Below the pieces are notes generated by a model that had not been told where the DNA came from, did no database searches, and worked only from the letters and a program-made list of their open reading frames with translations. 64,000 nt of DNA, taken from NCBI GenBank assembly GCA_964016885.1, contig OZ024742.1, positions 234,546,001 to 234,610,000 on the forward strand, given 5' to 3'. Each line of letters starts with the position of its first letter. The first letter of the stretch is position 1. Shown in pieces: positions 37,561 to 51,487 of the stretch. This DNA is from Eledone cirrhosa. Lineage: Eukaryota. The position numbers were made by a program, and so were the translations under genes.

Positions 37561-37675
37561 CAGAGAAAGGGTGGTGTTTCTCAGAAACTCATTCAGATGC
37601 TCTATAAAATTTTAAATATGCAACTACATATTTTATATAAAATCTGTTACTAGTATTTTACTATATGCATATAGG

Positions 37676-37720
<45 letters not shown>

Positions 37721-37845
37721 CATCATCATCATCATTTCATTTTATGTCCACTTTTCCATGCTTGCATATATATATATATTCATACATACATATTTATATT
37801 CATACATACAAACATATATATATAATCATACATTTATACAAACAT

Positions 37846-38163
37846 ATCATCATCATCATCATCACTTTACGTCCGCTTTTCCCTGCTTGCAAGGGTGGGA
37901 CGAGAACTGATTCTGGCTTGATTTCTACAGCTGGATGCCCTTCCTACAGTGAAAGCTGGGTGCTTTTTTGCCGTGGCACCTACACGACCACTTTGCAGTG
38001 GAATGATATGGACCCCAGTCCCTATCATCTCATTTCTACAGCTGAGTAAACTGGAGCAATGTGAAATAAAATGTCTTGCTCAAGGAAACAACACATCACC
38101 CGGTCTGAGAATTGAACTCACAACCTTTCGATTGCAAGGCCAATGCTCTAACCACTAAGCCAT
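37846..38163 (-). mobile_element. tRNA/CORE SINE with RTE tail, second copy
   Basis: Near-identical to 16245-16585. Confidence 0.8.
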
Positions 38164-39114
38164 ATATATATATATATATATATATATAAGATAAAAATAC
38201 TTGAGTGCATTAGAGTTAAACACACTCGTCGTATTAGAGAAGTGACAGTATAAGATATAGCTCAATGTTATCAAACAGAGCCGAAAATTACATAAAATTA
38301 ACAAAGAAGCCTTTAATACATTAAAAATCTTTATTTGCTGACAATGTTTCATCCCATTAATTAGGTCTCATCAGAGCAAGGAAAAAAACAAGAAATATCA
38401 TCGGCTAGAACAAGCAAACATTAAACAAACCCACGTTAATAGTACAATATAAGTCTAATACTTGAAATACAACATAGTAATATAATGCGAGAAATAAGAT
38501 ATAAAAATTATAATATAATATACAATACAATACAATACATAATATAGAAATAAAATTTAATATATATATATATCTACATGCACTCCGACACATATATATA
38601 CACACGCATATACACATTTACACATACACATATTAACACAAATATATAAATATAAATATAAGCATTATAATAGAATAATCACCCTGACGGTGTGATTAAA
38701 CAATACTAAAATCAATGAAAATAACATATTGACATTAAAATATATAAATACATACAACGTACCATGCAAAGTCAACAAAACGTGTATAAAAACATAATGT
38801 ATTCCATAGGGTAAAAAATAATACCATAAAATAAAATAAAGTATGGTGAAAAAAAAAATATATATATATAATAGACAATAAATATACAGAGATATAGGCA
38901 ATTCAAATACATATAATATGACATATTAATATTTCAATACCAGACACATAATAGCAAGGGAGAAAGTTTTAAAACATATTTACACAATATATTCATCGAC
39001 ACAAGTGACAGAAGATAGAAAATAGAAAAGACAGACAGAAGCAACAAAGCTGTTTTAAAACTTTCTCCCTTGCTATTATGTGTCTGGTATTGAAATATTA
39101 ATATGTCATATTAT

Positions 39115-39289
39115 TTGGCAGTATCGGTAGAGAGTCGGACGCTATGCTTTCCAGCATAGTTACGTCCCTTTACGGTCTGAGTTCAAATCCCGCCGAGGTT
39201 CACTTTGCCTTTCATCCTTACGGGGTCGATAAAATAAAGTACCAGTAATGCACTGGGTAATTGATGGCCTTGTGCCAAAAGTAGAAACA
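39115..39289 (+). mobile_element. tRNA-derived SINE with an 18-bp target-site duplication
   Basis: TSD attaatatgtcatattat at 39097-39114 and 39290-39307. The empty site is visible in the opposite arm (~38913-38931). Confidence 0.92.
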
Positions 39290-39954
39290 ATTAATATGTC
39301 ATATTATATGTATTTGAATTGCCTATATCTCCGTATATTTATTGTCTATTATATATATATATATATTTTTTCACCATACTTTATTTTATTTTATGGTATT
39401 ATTTTTTACCCTATGGAATACATTATGTTTTTATACACGTTTTGTTGACTTTGCATGGTACGTTGTATGTATTTATATATTTTAATGTCAATATATTATT
39501 TTCATTGATTTTAGTATTGTTTAATCACACCGTCAGGGTGATTATTCTATTATAATGCTTATATTTATATTTATATATTTGTGTTTGTATGTGTAAATGT
39601 GTATATGTGTGTGTATATATATGTGTCGGAGTGCGTGTAGATATATATATATATTAAATTTTATTTCTATATTATGTATTGTATTGTATTGTATATTATA
39701 TTATAATTTTTATATCTTATTTCTCGCATTATATTACTATGTTGTATTTCAAGTATTAGACTTATATTGTACTTTTAACGTGGGTTTGTTTAATGTTTGC
39801 TTGCTCTCTTGCCCTATAGTTTTTATTTACAAATGCACCCCATTAGGTTTAACATGTCTTTCCATGATAATTTTCCTAAATTTTCCTAAATATCCATTCG
39901 CTATTCTTCTGAATTTTGGCTTGTTCTAGCCGATGATATTTCTTGTCTTTTTCC

Positions 39955-39999
39955 TTGCTCTGATGAGTCCTAATTAATGGGACGAAACATTGTCAGCAA
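39955..39999 (+). ncRNA. Canonical minimal type I hammerhead ribozyme
   Basis: ttgct-CTGATGA-gtcc(taattaatg)ggac-GAAAC-att-GTC-agcaa. All core positions are canonical. Confidence 0.88.
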
Positions 40000-40045
40000 A
40001 TAAAGATTTTTAATGTATTAAAGGCTTCTTTGTTAATTTTATGTA

Positions 40046-40084
<39 letters not shown>

Positions 40085-40101
40085 TATATGAATATACATG
40101 T

Positions 40102-40301
40102 GTAACCCTTTACCATTTACAGTACTCTATATATACTATTATATTTTCACGGTAAAAGCTTTACTCTCATAATACCAAATCTATGAAATTTTGAGAACAA
40201 TACCATAACATCAGTATGAACGGCCAGCTACAACCGGTTTGAACAGAAAGAGGTGAGAGAATTCTGGCCAGATATTGCTGGTTTAAATGCTAAAGGGTTA
40301 A
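40102..40301. mobile_element. TTAA MITE family A copy
   Basis: Reverse orientation relative to 20718-20946. Ends aatgctaaaggg-TTAA. Confidence 0.8.
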
Positions 40302-41677
40302 ATATACAAATGGAAGAAAAAGTATTTGTAGTTGAGCTTAATATTTCACAAAGCTGATGATTTATGCTATTGCTATTTAGAGTTTCTCACTATGTGCAAT
40401 CTTTCAGGCAACAAAATAGCACCTACCACTACTATCATCTTCCATTGTATCATATGCCTGTAATAGCTAAGTCTTGATTTTTTTTGTGCTCTATATCAGA
40501 TTCCTTTGTAAATTTGATAGAACTAAATACGACAACCCACTTTTGTTCAACCAATGAATTCTATCCCTTGCTAATGTAGACAGACAAACACATTCACAAA
40601 AGCTGTGACAGAAGACATTTTCCTAATGTGCCATGCAGTGGAATTAAACCCAGAACCATGTGATTGTGAAGCAAACTTCTTGACTACATTGCCATGCGTG
40701 CACCCATGCTCCAGTTTTATTTCCATAGTCTTAACTTGTTTCAATAAGATAAACTTAAACCCTACCATATCACCAACTGCAATAAGTAGTAAGAGGTTGT
40801 GCTAGAGAAGTTCTATCAAAGCTATGGAAACAAATGAAAACATGTAAAATTATACTAATAATGATGATGATGATGAACACTTTAAAACAAACAATTTAGT
40901 ATTATAGAACCAGAGTGGGTTTAGATGGTTTGATATCAAAAGGGTTAAACATATCGATTTCATAGAGTAAAGTATGGCAAGGTATCTGCTTCTTCTCTTA
41001 CCTTTTAGCTTCCATTGACACTGCATTATGTATTAAGGGGAGATAACTCTATTGGTGACATGGTGCCTAGAGTGCGCTGAAAGTAAAGTAAATATAAATC
41101 ATCATCATCGTTTTTACATCGATTTTTCCATACTGGCATGCACTGGGCAGGACTCTTTAAAGCAGTGTTTTACAGCCAGAGGCCCTTCCTGACGTTATCA
41201 CTAACCCTTTTAGTCACTTCTTAAAATGCATAGGGTTACAGTGTACCTATTCTCACGTGGATACACACAGTTATATATATATAAACATGACTAGCAAAAG
41301 GATATATATATCCTTTTGCTAGTCATGGTTTCTTGGGGTGGATGCCTATCCTATCAAATGTATCATATTTTTATCAAACATTCTAAAGTTTCTTTGCATA
41401 TCTGTAATCTTTAACTTGCCTGACTTTGTTCTCATCTTGTGCTTTTGTTGCTTTCCGTGGTGGTTTTTAAATAATTTTTCATTCAAATCTATTTCATATT
41501 GTAAATTTTTGTTTGTTTATCTATTTTTATTTAAGAGTCAAAGAATGCCCTTTAATCTTGGTGTATATTATATGATCAAGCTTAGATAGTTCTATTTTTT
41601 TATTTTTGGTCTCACCCTTTTTATTTAAAATTATGATTGTGATAACAATTATCTTTATGGCATTCTTTAAATTTATT

Positions 41678-41708
<31 letters not shown>

Positions 41709-42149
41709 TATTAGGGTATTTCATATTTACAGGGAAATTTTTTTTTTTGGAACCACCTCATATTGATTGCGCTCTGAATCCATTTCATATAAAAGCTACA
41801 CAGGTGAAAATATGATAAGATACAAAGTTTGGTGCTTTGTGAATGCCATGCCAAAAAAAAAATGAAAAAATTTACTTCAACACTTGTTGATTGTAGCTAG
41901 GTTCCTCTACATCACCATCAACACTAGCACAACCATTATAACACAACCACTGCCAATACCATTAATACTCAACCACCACAATCACACACACCACCTCCAT
42001 CACCTACATCACTACCACCACCATCACCTACAAGATCACCTCCATCATTTTCATCCCCACCATCATCACCAAAATCACCACCACCATAAGTTCTCTTGTA
42101 TTTTCCCTACCATCATGTTGAACTCGGGGAGATAATTTCAGTTGGTGTA

Positions 42150-43150
42150 AAAGATACTGGTCAGAATATCCAGAAAGTGTGGGGCAAAACAAATATCCCT
42201 ACCAAAACAGAAAAAAAATATCCACACCTCAATCGAGAAATTGTTTAAGGAGTATCAACAACTGACAAAAGAAAAATCAAGGATGACGACAAAGCAATTG
42301 CAAAGTGTGAGATTTGGAAAGGTGATCTCAAGGAAATGTTTGACATTGTAAACCAGGACGTTCTTGAATGAATGGATGTCCCATCTGAAGACAAAGCTTT
42401 CCTTGAGATACAGCAAGAAGATTGGAAGTTTTTATTCCTGGCTGGTGTTGATATGAGAGTCATTCACAAGAAGGAAATGAAGATTCATGATATAAAAATA
42501 AGAAAGAGAAATCAGGATGAAGAAGTCAAGAAGATGTCTGAGAAAGTAGCTCTTGAAAGTTCATCATCCAGCTCAGCTATTAGTGATGATGATAATGAAA
42601 TCTTCAAGTCAGTACTGCCTGGAAAATCACTGCGAATAAAACTGACTCTTGACATCACTCTTGTTGCCATGTGGGAACAGAAACTATTGGTATAACAAGC
42701 AAGTACTTCATACATTGCAATTGCAAAGGCTCTTGGTCATGATGTGTCTCAATTCTCGGTTTCCCCCTCAACTGTTTATTGAGCAAGAACCAGTCACTGC
42801 GATATGGCTCAGGAAATAAAGTTATCCTCTTTCCCACCTGAGGAAAGATCCTAGGTAGTCCTCCACTGGGACGGAGAATTATTTCTATTGGCTTCCCAAT
42901 CCAGCTGACTCGAAGATCGGATTGTAATTTTAGTTATAGGAAAAGGAAAGGAGGAGTTCTTAGGTGTTCTGATTGCAAAAGATGGAACTGGACAAGTCAC
43001 TGAAGTTGTTTTGAAGGAAATTCAATGACTCCAAATTGAGGATAGAAAAATTGGTGTCCTTCAACACCACCGCCAATAACACCAACATGCACCAAGGAGC
43101 CAATATGATAATTAAAGCAGCTTTGAAAAAAATCCATCTCTCTTTAACCT
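42150..43150 (+). mobile_element. Degenerate DNA transposase, probably Sola2-like
   Basis: Pieces IQKVWGKTNIPT, EMFDI, VPSEDKAFLEIQ, VVLHWDGEL, EDRIVILVIGKGKEEFLGV...DGTG, SFNTTANNT...GA. Superfamily assigned from recalled motifs. Confidence 0.65.
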
Positions 43151-44624
43151 TAACATTATAGTGCATTTAGAATGTATTCCTCCTGCTTATTTTCATTTTG
43201 TTCTGTTGTGTGGTTTCCTCATTGGATTCACTAAAGTGAACAGAAAGAACAATATACTACAAACCAGATACAAAAAAATCATCATAAATAAAAAGAAAGT
43301 TGCAACCTTTAAATATTATTTGATTGATATATAATTTGGCATGTATTGTTATTTCCTCCACCTCGAACACAGGCATAATTGACACAAAATGATTGGCAAA
43401 TAGTTTTCAAAATGGAACACCCTAATGTGTAGATATATATATATACGTATATTTGTGTGTGTGTATATATATATAAATACATTCATATACATAAATACAC
43501 ATGCAATCATACATACACATGCATGCATACATACATATATGATGGCTGCCCCCTCGTTATCGAGTATGGCCATTGCATGATGTACCATTATTAATAATTA
43601 TTAATTAATTCTACCATGCAATGCCTGTGCATGAAGATATTGCACTGAGCCAATGTACAAAGATGGATACCCAACCATCCATCCTATGAGAACATGGAAA
43701 GCCAGACATTGTTCCCCTTTGTGCCTTGACAAAATTGCTGGCTATGACTATGTAGAGCATCTGGCCAGGGAGACCAAGCCAAAATCAGAACGGAATATTA
43801 GAATTAGACATGGTCGCCTGTCCAGCCTGGGGATGTAGATGTCTAATGACTGTGTCGATGTACTTCCCACCTTTAATACATGCATGGAAAATCAGATACA
43901 CTCCACACCTACTTTCTCCCAGTGCTGGCACCAAACAAAGACACTCAGTCCACAACAACAAAAAGCACTCAATCAAGCCTATAAGGTGATATTGTTGGTG
44001 CTATTACAAATAAAAGCACCCAGTCCACTCTGTATGGTGATCATTTAATGTCCATTTTCCTTATTAGCATGGGTCGGGCAAGCTGTTATAATCCAAGATT
44101 AAATGAATCAGAGCGACCTCATCTTGCTCATATGTTTGATTTGGTATGGTTTCTACGGCAGGATGCACTTCCTAATACCAATTACTTAATGAAATGTACA
44201 GGATGTATTTTATCATGGAACTAGCACTACCACTTTACAGTGTGCACTAGATGCGTTTTATCGTGGCACCAGCACTACCACTTTACAGTTTGTACTGGAT
44301 ACATTTTATTGTAGCAGCAGCACTACCACTTTACAGTGAGTACTGAGTGCACCAGCACTAAAGAGACTGTAAGGTACTCAGTAAGACTGAAGAGTCTTTT
44401 CTACCCTATATTGTCTCTATTTTATTGCCAACCACTTTACACAGTGTACTAGGCGCACTTTATTGTCACATCAACACATGACAACAGAGAGGTTATCAAG
44501 TCCTTGATAGGACTTGGTGTCATTAACTAGTAACCTACAAATATATACTCTACATTGACTGTTCTTGGTCCACTTGTGTATGTGTATATGTTATAATCCA
44601 TGCTAAAATGGTGATGATATGTAT

Positions 44625-45757
44625 ATATATATATGCTATAAATGAGAATGTATGTGTGTATATGTATATGTATTCCAAAGGCTCGGAAACGGTGCATCCT
44701 AGAGAAAAACGGTTTGAAATTTCGAAATCTGCGTCCCAATGAGAATATTTTAGGGTTGTTAGTTATCAAAAAACGTAATTTTTACAAGATATAAATCAAC
44801 TTCAAGATCGCCAATATTAAATATCATTAGAACCCATAGCTGTCAGAATACCTCTCTCTATAAATCTATCTGTCTCTCTCTGTATTTTACACTTTTCCCT
44901 TCTGTATATACCTTTACCACACTCTCTCATTCTATTTCTATATCATCTATGGTGGTGGTGGTGGTTGTGGTTGTGGTGGTTGTTGTGGTAGTGGTGGTGA
45001 CAGTAGTAGTAGTGGTGGTGGTGGTGGGTAGTAGTAGTCATTCCAAAAGGCAATAGATTCATCAAATCCAAGCCTGTTTGAAAAAATCAACAGTTAGGGC
45101 TTCTATCAAAGTTTTGAAGCTTGCTACATGCTACAAACATGAGGACATATCTTGGTGGAGATGAACAAAGTGTTCTCCAATCATCAATATCACTTCGCAA
45201 GTCACAAGTGGCTCAATGAAAGGGCTACATTGGCTCTGAAAAATGTGGCTGTGAAATTGGTTGATCAAGAGCTGTTAAAAGAATTCCAAAGGTTTTGAAG
45301 CTCTATTGATTTGTCAACACTGTGGTGGAACAGTTGGAATCTGTCAATTACCCGACACTGTTCCTCAACTCTTTAAAGAAGGAGCACCCATCATGTTATT
45401 GAGGAATTTGAACCCACCAAGGCTGTGCAACTGTACATGTTGTGGTAGGGGGAGGATGTGTTCATTCGAATAATTCCTCTTATCTCCACTGATGTCCCAT
45501 TTCAATTCAAACGACTTTAATTTACAGTGAGTTTTAGTTTTGCCATGGCCATCAACAAATCACAAGGACAAACATTTTTGGATACCGGTATACACCTTGA
45601 AGAGCCCTGCTTCACCCATGGTCAGCTTTACGTTTGATGTCCTCACCAAGGGGACTATTATTCAGGGGAGACATAGTCTGATATGGAATAAATATAAATT
45701 TGAAATAAAGGCATACTATTGTGATTATTGCCTGGCAGCGATGGGCTACTCAATTAG
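44625..45757 (+). mobile_element. Internally deleted Helitron with PIF1 helicase remnants
   Basis: VIPKG, QACLKKS, NYPTLFLNSL, GAPIMLLRNLNPPRLCN, GEDVFI..IPL, FAMAINKSQGQT, PCFTHGQLYV. Degenerate 3' hairpin then TTAG|T at 45754-45758. The 5' end is approximate. Confidence 0.8.
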
Positions 45758-45761
45758 TGTA

Positions 45762-45812
<51 letters not shown>

Positions 45813-46643
45813 TCATCATTTAAAATCTGTTTTCCTTGCTAACATGGGTTATATAAGTATGTATCTATATATCTGTATGTGAAGAAAGAGAGAGAGTATG
45901 AGAGAGTGAGAGAAGATTATATATTTGTATGCATGCATATGTGTTGTCATCATTATCAGTAATCCCATCGAGGTTAACTTTGCCTTTCATCCTTACGGGG
46001 TCGATAAAATAAAGCACCAGTAATACACTGGGATAATTGCTGGCCTTGTGCCAAAAGTAGAAACAATTATCATTGTTTTTACTGGTATTGGTTGGATGAT
46101 ATTTGTTGAGGTAGTATTGCTGGATGCCCTTCCTAATGCCAACTTATACTTTATTTTTTAACTATGGTCCTTATTCTTCATTGATCTTCATAGAACTGCT
46201 AAGCTGCAGGGTGTAAACAATGTCAATGTGAACATTCATTCAGAGACAGATACACAAACACATACACACATAATATGCATTAATATGTGAGTGTGTTTAC
46301 ATGTATAGATATAGATATATATGTGTGTGTGTATTTACATATGTAGAAATATTTATGTATATAAGATTTTTTCCTTATAATTAAGCTATTCTTGAAAGCC
46401 TTTTACTTTAATTTCTGCATGGAATCTAGTATTCAGTTGAATTGAATTTATTTAAGTCAAATTTATCTATTAAAAAAAAAGAAAAACAAAAGGTAATGCA
46501 GATTTTTGTTGATTGTCAAATCTATCTTTAATTATCAATTCATACTTTTGTAGACAGATATCAACATAAATTTTCTTTGATATTGGTTGCCTTGTTAAGA
46601 ATTGTTATGGCAGTGAAGTCTTTAATGTCTTGCCCATTTTTAG

Positions 46644-47042
46644 GCCATACTGGGATCATCTGATGGCTCAAAAGAAATTTAGCAAGCAACTACAACGCTT
46701 GGAAGATGAAGCAGTGTGCATTCACCAGACTTTAATCTTGCTAGAATCTAAACTAGAACCTATTTATTCTCATCCTGCAGAGAATTCCAAACCAAACTCC
46801 CTGGAATCTGCTGTAAAGCAAAGCTATTCAAAAGACAAACAAGTTGACTTGGTCAATTCTACCAGTGATTCCTTGAACTTATATCCACAAAAGACAGTCT
46901 CATATAATCAATCTGCTGTTTTGCCTAAAGCAACTAGGACTCATCCATATCGGTTAATGCCAACATGTCGCAGACCACTTAGAGACTCGTCAAAGACTTC
47001 TTCCAGCAACAAGGAATGGAAAGTAGAGTGTAATTCCACAAG
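46644..47042 (+). CDS. Probable distal exon of CDC14 (399 nt, phase 2-2)
   Basis: cccatttttag acceptor and AAG|gtaatg donor bracket a non-repetitive 133-codon open frame: (R)PYWDHLMAQKKFSKQLQRLEDEAVCIHQTLILLESKLE... In phase with the donor at 13014. Homology not recognised. Confidence 0.6.
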
Positions 47043-48182
47043 GTAATGCTGAAATAGGGGTTATTTTCAGCATTAATACTGTTGGTTATAAAAAAACATA
47101 CATGCATACAAAAAAAAACAAGAAAAGAAATGTGGGAATGAAAAAAAGAGAGAGAAAGATACTTGCATCTCATTTCTCCATTCTGTTTTTGTCAATTTAT
47201 CATCAATTAAGGTACAAGGTTATTTTTGTTCCTTTTATGGTTCAAACCCAATTCTTCTTTAGTTTAAAAGTTCAAAAAGTACCAGTAAAGTAATATAATC
47301 AACTTTCCCTTCCCCCAAATTTGCTGGTCTTGTCTCCATATATTAGGTTTAAACATTTTTTGGGGTTTTTTTTCGTATGGGTAGTTGCATTTTCTTAGTT
47401 GAAATATTAATAATATTATTAACAAATTGTGTGGCTGATATAATTGACTCTTCCTTCCCCTCTCCCCTAAATTTCCGATTTTGGACCTATGTTAAAAATT
47501 ATTATCAGGGTGGCACATTTGGCAAAATGATTAAATGATGCCAATACCAACTTGGCTTTTCAACCACATGGTGTTTATAAAATGAAGTACCAGTCATGTG
47601 CTAGGGTTGATTTCATCAATTAATTTCTCCACAAATTTGAGACTTTATACCTATGTTAGAAAATATTATTGTTCTTATGAGTTGAAGGATATGGCAAATT
47701 AGTAGGGGCCTTGCAGTATTTAATTACCTCTTTTTGTGGACTAAGTTTAGATCCTGTCTGGGGGATTGATCTTGTATTGACTGAAAACTTCTAGAATAAT
47801 CTCTGGATGAAAAAGAGGATTGACATAAAATTTTAATATAAAAGTTTGGCAGGCCATTGTATCCCTCAAAGGGTGTTCATCAGGGCTACAAATATACTGT
47901 CTGGGTCCATGGTTGGCTTTGATTTAATCTGGATATATTTACATTCTAGTTAAGGCAATTGATAGCCGTAGTTGCATACCATTCACAGAGAGAGGATGTT
48001 TAATAGAGAATAGTGTGTCCAAAGGTTGGGTGAATCTATTCTATAATCTGACTATACCCTTCCTTAAAATGTTTAAAATAAGTGGCCTTGGGCTAATATC
48101 TTAGAATAACCATTAATGCATAGTGTCCTCAAAACAACAAAGTCAGAAAATTATACAAAATATTTATTGGTTGTAATTAATG

Positions 48183-48217
<35 letters not shown>

Positions 48218-48271
48218 CCACCACCACCACCACCACCACCACCACCACCACCACCAACCACCACCACCACC

Positions 48272-48305
<34 letters not shown>

Positions 48306-48306
48306 T
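48183..48306. repeat. Compound (CAT)n(CAC)n(CAT)n microsatellite at an old RTE-type tail
   Basis: Read directly. Followed by gtttaacatctgttttccctgc, the reverse complement of an RTE tail. Confidence 0.9.
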
Positions 48307-50660
48307 TGTTTAACATCTGTTTTCCCTGCTATCAAGGGTTGGACATCTCATCACAGACCTGTCAATACTCAAGCTGAGACTTGACCTCCAGGTGGGCTTG
48401 GGGACCAACATATGATCATGCTGCATTTTATCATGGTACCAACAATAGGGAAGATGTCATATCTTTGGTATAGCTGAAGAATTTTCCTGTCTCTTTGTTT
48501 GGCAGGTTTTCTACAGCTGGATACCCTTCATGTGACTACACTTTACAGAGTATACTGAGTGATCATGTATTGTGCAGATCACCAACACTAGTATGAATAT
48601 TAAACTTTATACATTAATAGGTTAATATCATAATTGATTTTATCATAGTCACAAAGTTTCGAATTTTTACAAAGGGGTTCATTGACTAATTTAATTGCAG
48701 TAATTAACTGTTACAATTGTTAATCAACACTGAAAACATGAAATGTAAAATTGACTGTGCCATGAATTGAACTTGAAAATATTTAATTATATACTGCAAA
48801 ATAACATTTGGTTTAACACTCCAGAACTTTTACAAAACCACTGCCCTCATTATAATCATAATTGATCAGGGTGGGGGATTGGGAGAGTCATTAAAATGTT
48901 GGACAAATGCTGAACAGTATCTGTTCTGACTCTACATTCTGAGTTCAAATTCGGCTGAAATCAACTTTGCCTTTTACCCTTCTGAGGTTGATAAAATAAA
49001 GTACCTGTAAAGTACTGGGATTGATATAATCGACTTTCCCTTCCTCATAAATAGCTGTCCTTGTGTCAAAATTTGAAGACATTATAGTTATAATTGATCC
49101 AACCAGTGTGGAAGACAGATGTAAAATGGTGATGTTGATAATGGAGAAGGAAATGAGGTGATAAACACAGCAGAGAGTCAAACTAAATACCTTACTGTAT
49201 TTTGTTTCATCCCTCTATTTTGTTGATAAGTCAGGTAAGGCAGTCAAATAAGCAGAACTACTGACATTGCAGTCACTGTGCTTGTTTTACTAACATATTG
49301 TGATGGTTAACTTCAGGCAGAGGTATGGCTATGTGATTAAAAAGTTCACTTCACAAGCATGGTTCAAATTTCAATACCATGATGCAACACCTTGAGTAAC
49401 TGTCTTCTACCGTAGTCAATCCAAACTTTGTGAGTGAAGTTGGTTAAGATGGGAACTGTGCAACATCTTGTCAGATGGACTATACCTATTATTGGCTGGA
49501 GGACTTAATCCCATCACTTACTTTAACCCCACTACAATGCTGTTGGGTACACTACTCAGTATTCAGATCAAATTGCTTGATATATTGCTTTGCTGCATCC
49601 ATCTGTAGCAATGCATAAGTCATAGCCTCTTTTCTCCTTAGTCCTCCACTTACAGGCTTGGATAATCTGCAAAATTCAACACCTATCAATATTATTTTTT
49701 CTGTTAGGTTCTGTCACCATTACTTTGTTGTATTTTCAAAGGAATTGATTTTTCTTCTTCTTTTTTTTTCTTTTCTGTAAATCAGATTTGTTTTGGCTAG
49801 TTCTTTAATTTGATAATTTAACAGCATTCAAAGTCTCAAGGTCTCAGCTAGAGAGCATCTGCTCCCTCCTCTCTCACCCCCTCATTAAGTAATTTCACTG
49901 GATTTCGTCATTCTCAAAAGAATTCTTGTTCTTGCTATTGTTAATGCTGTTATTGTATAACTTTTGCTGTGTTGAAGTGGATTAAAAGCAAAAATAGAAT
50001 TTTGGGTTGAGGAGAGCAAAGTTGAGAAATGTATTCATATTTTCATTTTTAGATTCCACAAATCAAAGTTGTTCTTAAAATCGATAACCTGTTCACTTTT
50101 TATTATCAGAGCTTCATTAGACATAGTTATGGATCTATTTGTGTGAGTGAGTAGGTGAGAGAGAAAGAGAGAGAGAGATTGAATTATTCAAAAGAAATTG
50201 CTTTCAAAGACAACACAAATACTGACTTATAATGGTTTCTGATTTAGGCACAAGGCCAACAATTTTGGGAGAGGAGAAAATCGATTAAGCCGACCCCAGT
50301 GCATTACTGGTACTTTATTTTATCGACTCCGTAAGGATAAAAGGCAAAGCTAACCTTGGCAGGATTTGAACTCAAAACACAAAGGGCCATAAATACTGAC
50401 TTATAATGACTCGTCTACTTAGCTGAAGCTACCCATTTTCTGTAATTTCATTGTATCGCTGAGATTTCTCAGCTTCCTTAATTAATTAATTTATTATTTA
50501 TTTGATTATTTATTATTTATTTATTTATTCATTATTTATTTATATTTATTTGTTTGTTATAAATGTCTAATGTTTGCCAAAAATATATTCCTCCTTTTCT
50601 TAACAAAGAAGTGTGTGAGAGGGTGAGGGGAAATATTTGTTATGTATCCAAATAAATAAT

Positions 50661-50904
50661 TTAACTCTTTTGATACCAAACCACCTGAATCTGCCCTGGT
50701 TTTATGATACTAAGATATTTGTTTTAAAGTGTATATATTTATCTAAAAACCTTCCATTATCATTTTATATTCAATTATGCTCCAAACATCAAATGAGAAA
50801 TTTAGTTATATTACAAAATCCGTCCAAATTCTTGATTGTTTTCAAAATGATCTGGAAACCATAGGTAGTGTCTTTCATTAGAGATATGGTAATGAAAGGG
50901 TTAA
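50661..50904. mobile_element. TTAA MITE family B copy
   Basis: TTAA-ctcttttgatacc ... ggtaatgaaaggg-TTAA. Confidence 0.7.
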
Positions 50905-51487
50905 TGAGTGCACAATGTTCAGAATGCTATCAGAGATTATTACCAATTTTTTAAAACATTTTATAAGTAAAGGTGGTAGAGTGTATGGATAAAATGCCTT
51001 TTCAGTAGTTAACCTTTTCCTCACTTTAGGTATTAATGATAATAATTGTTTCCACTTTTGGCACAAGGCCAGCAATTACCCAGTACATTACTGGTACTTT
51101 ATTTTATTGACTCCGTAAAGATGAAAGGGAAAGTTAACCTCGACGGGTATTAATGATAATAATGAAAATTATTGTGTACTCATCACTCACTAATTTGCCT
51201 TATGTCAAAGTGAGAAATCTATAAGTATGGCTGCAGACACAAAGGAGACCAAATCCTCAAGTGAGAAACATAAGTTCAATTCTCACCAACTATTCCATTT
51301 TGAATCTGTTTCCTATATATTTTCTATCTGCTTCCACGCTTAGTTTCAATGTAAAATAGTGCATGTAGTTATTCATTAATTCTCCAGACTATTTGTTGTG
51401 TATTTGCGTGTTTGTGTGTGTTTGTTTTTAAACATTTGTATGTGTGTATGTGTATGTGTTTATGTGTGCATATTTATGTGTACATAC

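Larger units (their letters stand above)
38287..40047. repeat. 1.76-kb inverted repeat (inverted PLE pseudo-LTRs) with terminal hammerheads
   Basis: Arms 38287-38976 and 39051-40047, 74-bp spacer. HHRs at 38335-38379 (-) and 39955-39999 (+). The right arm has a SINE insertion and an extra ~115-bp segment. Confidence 0.9.
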
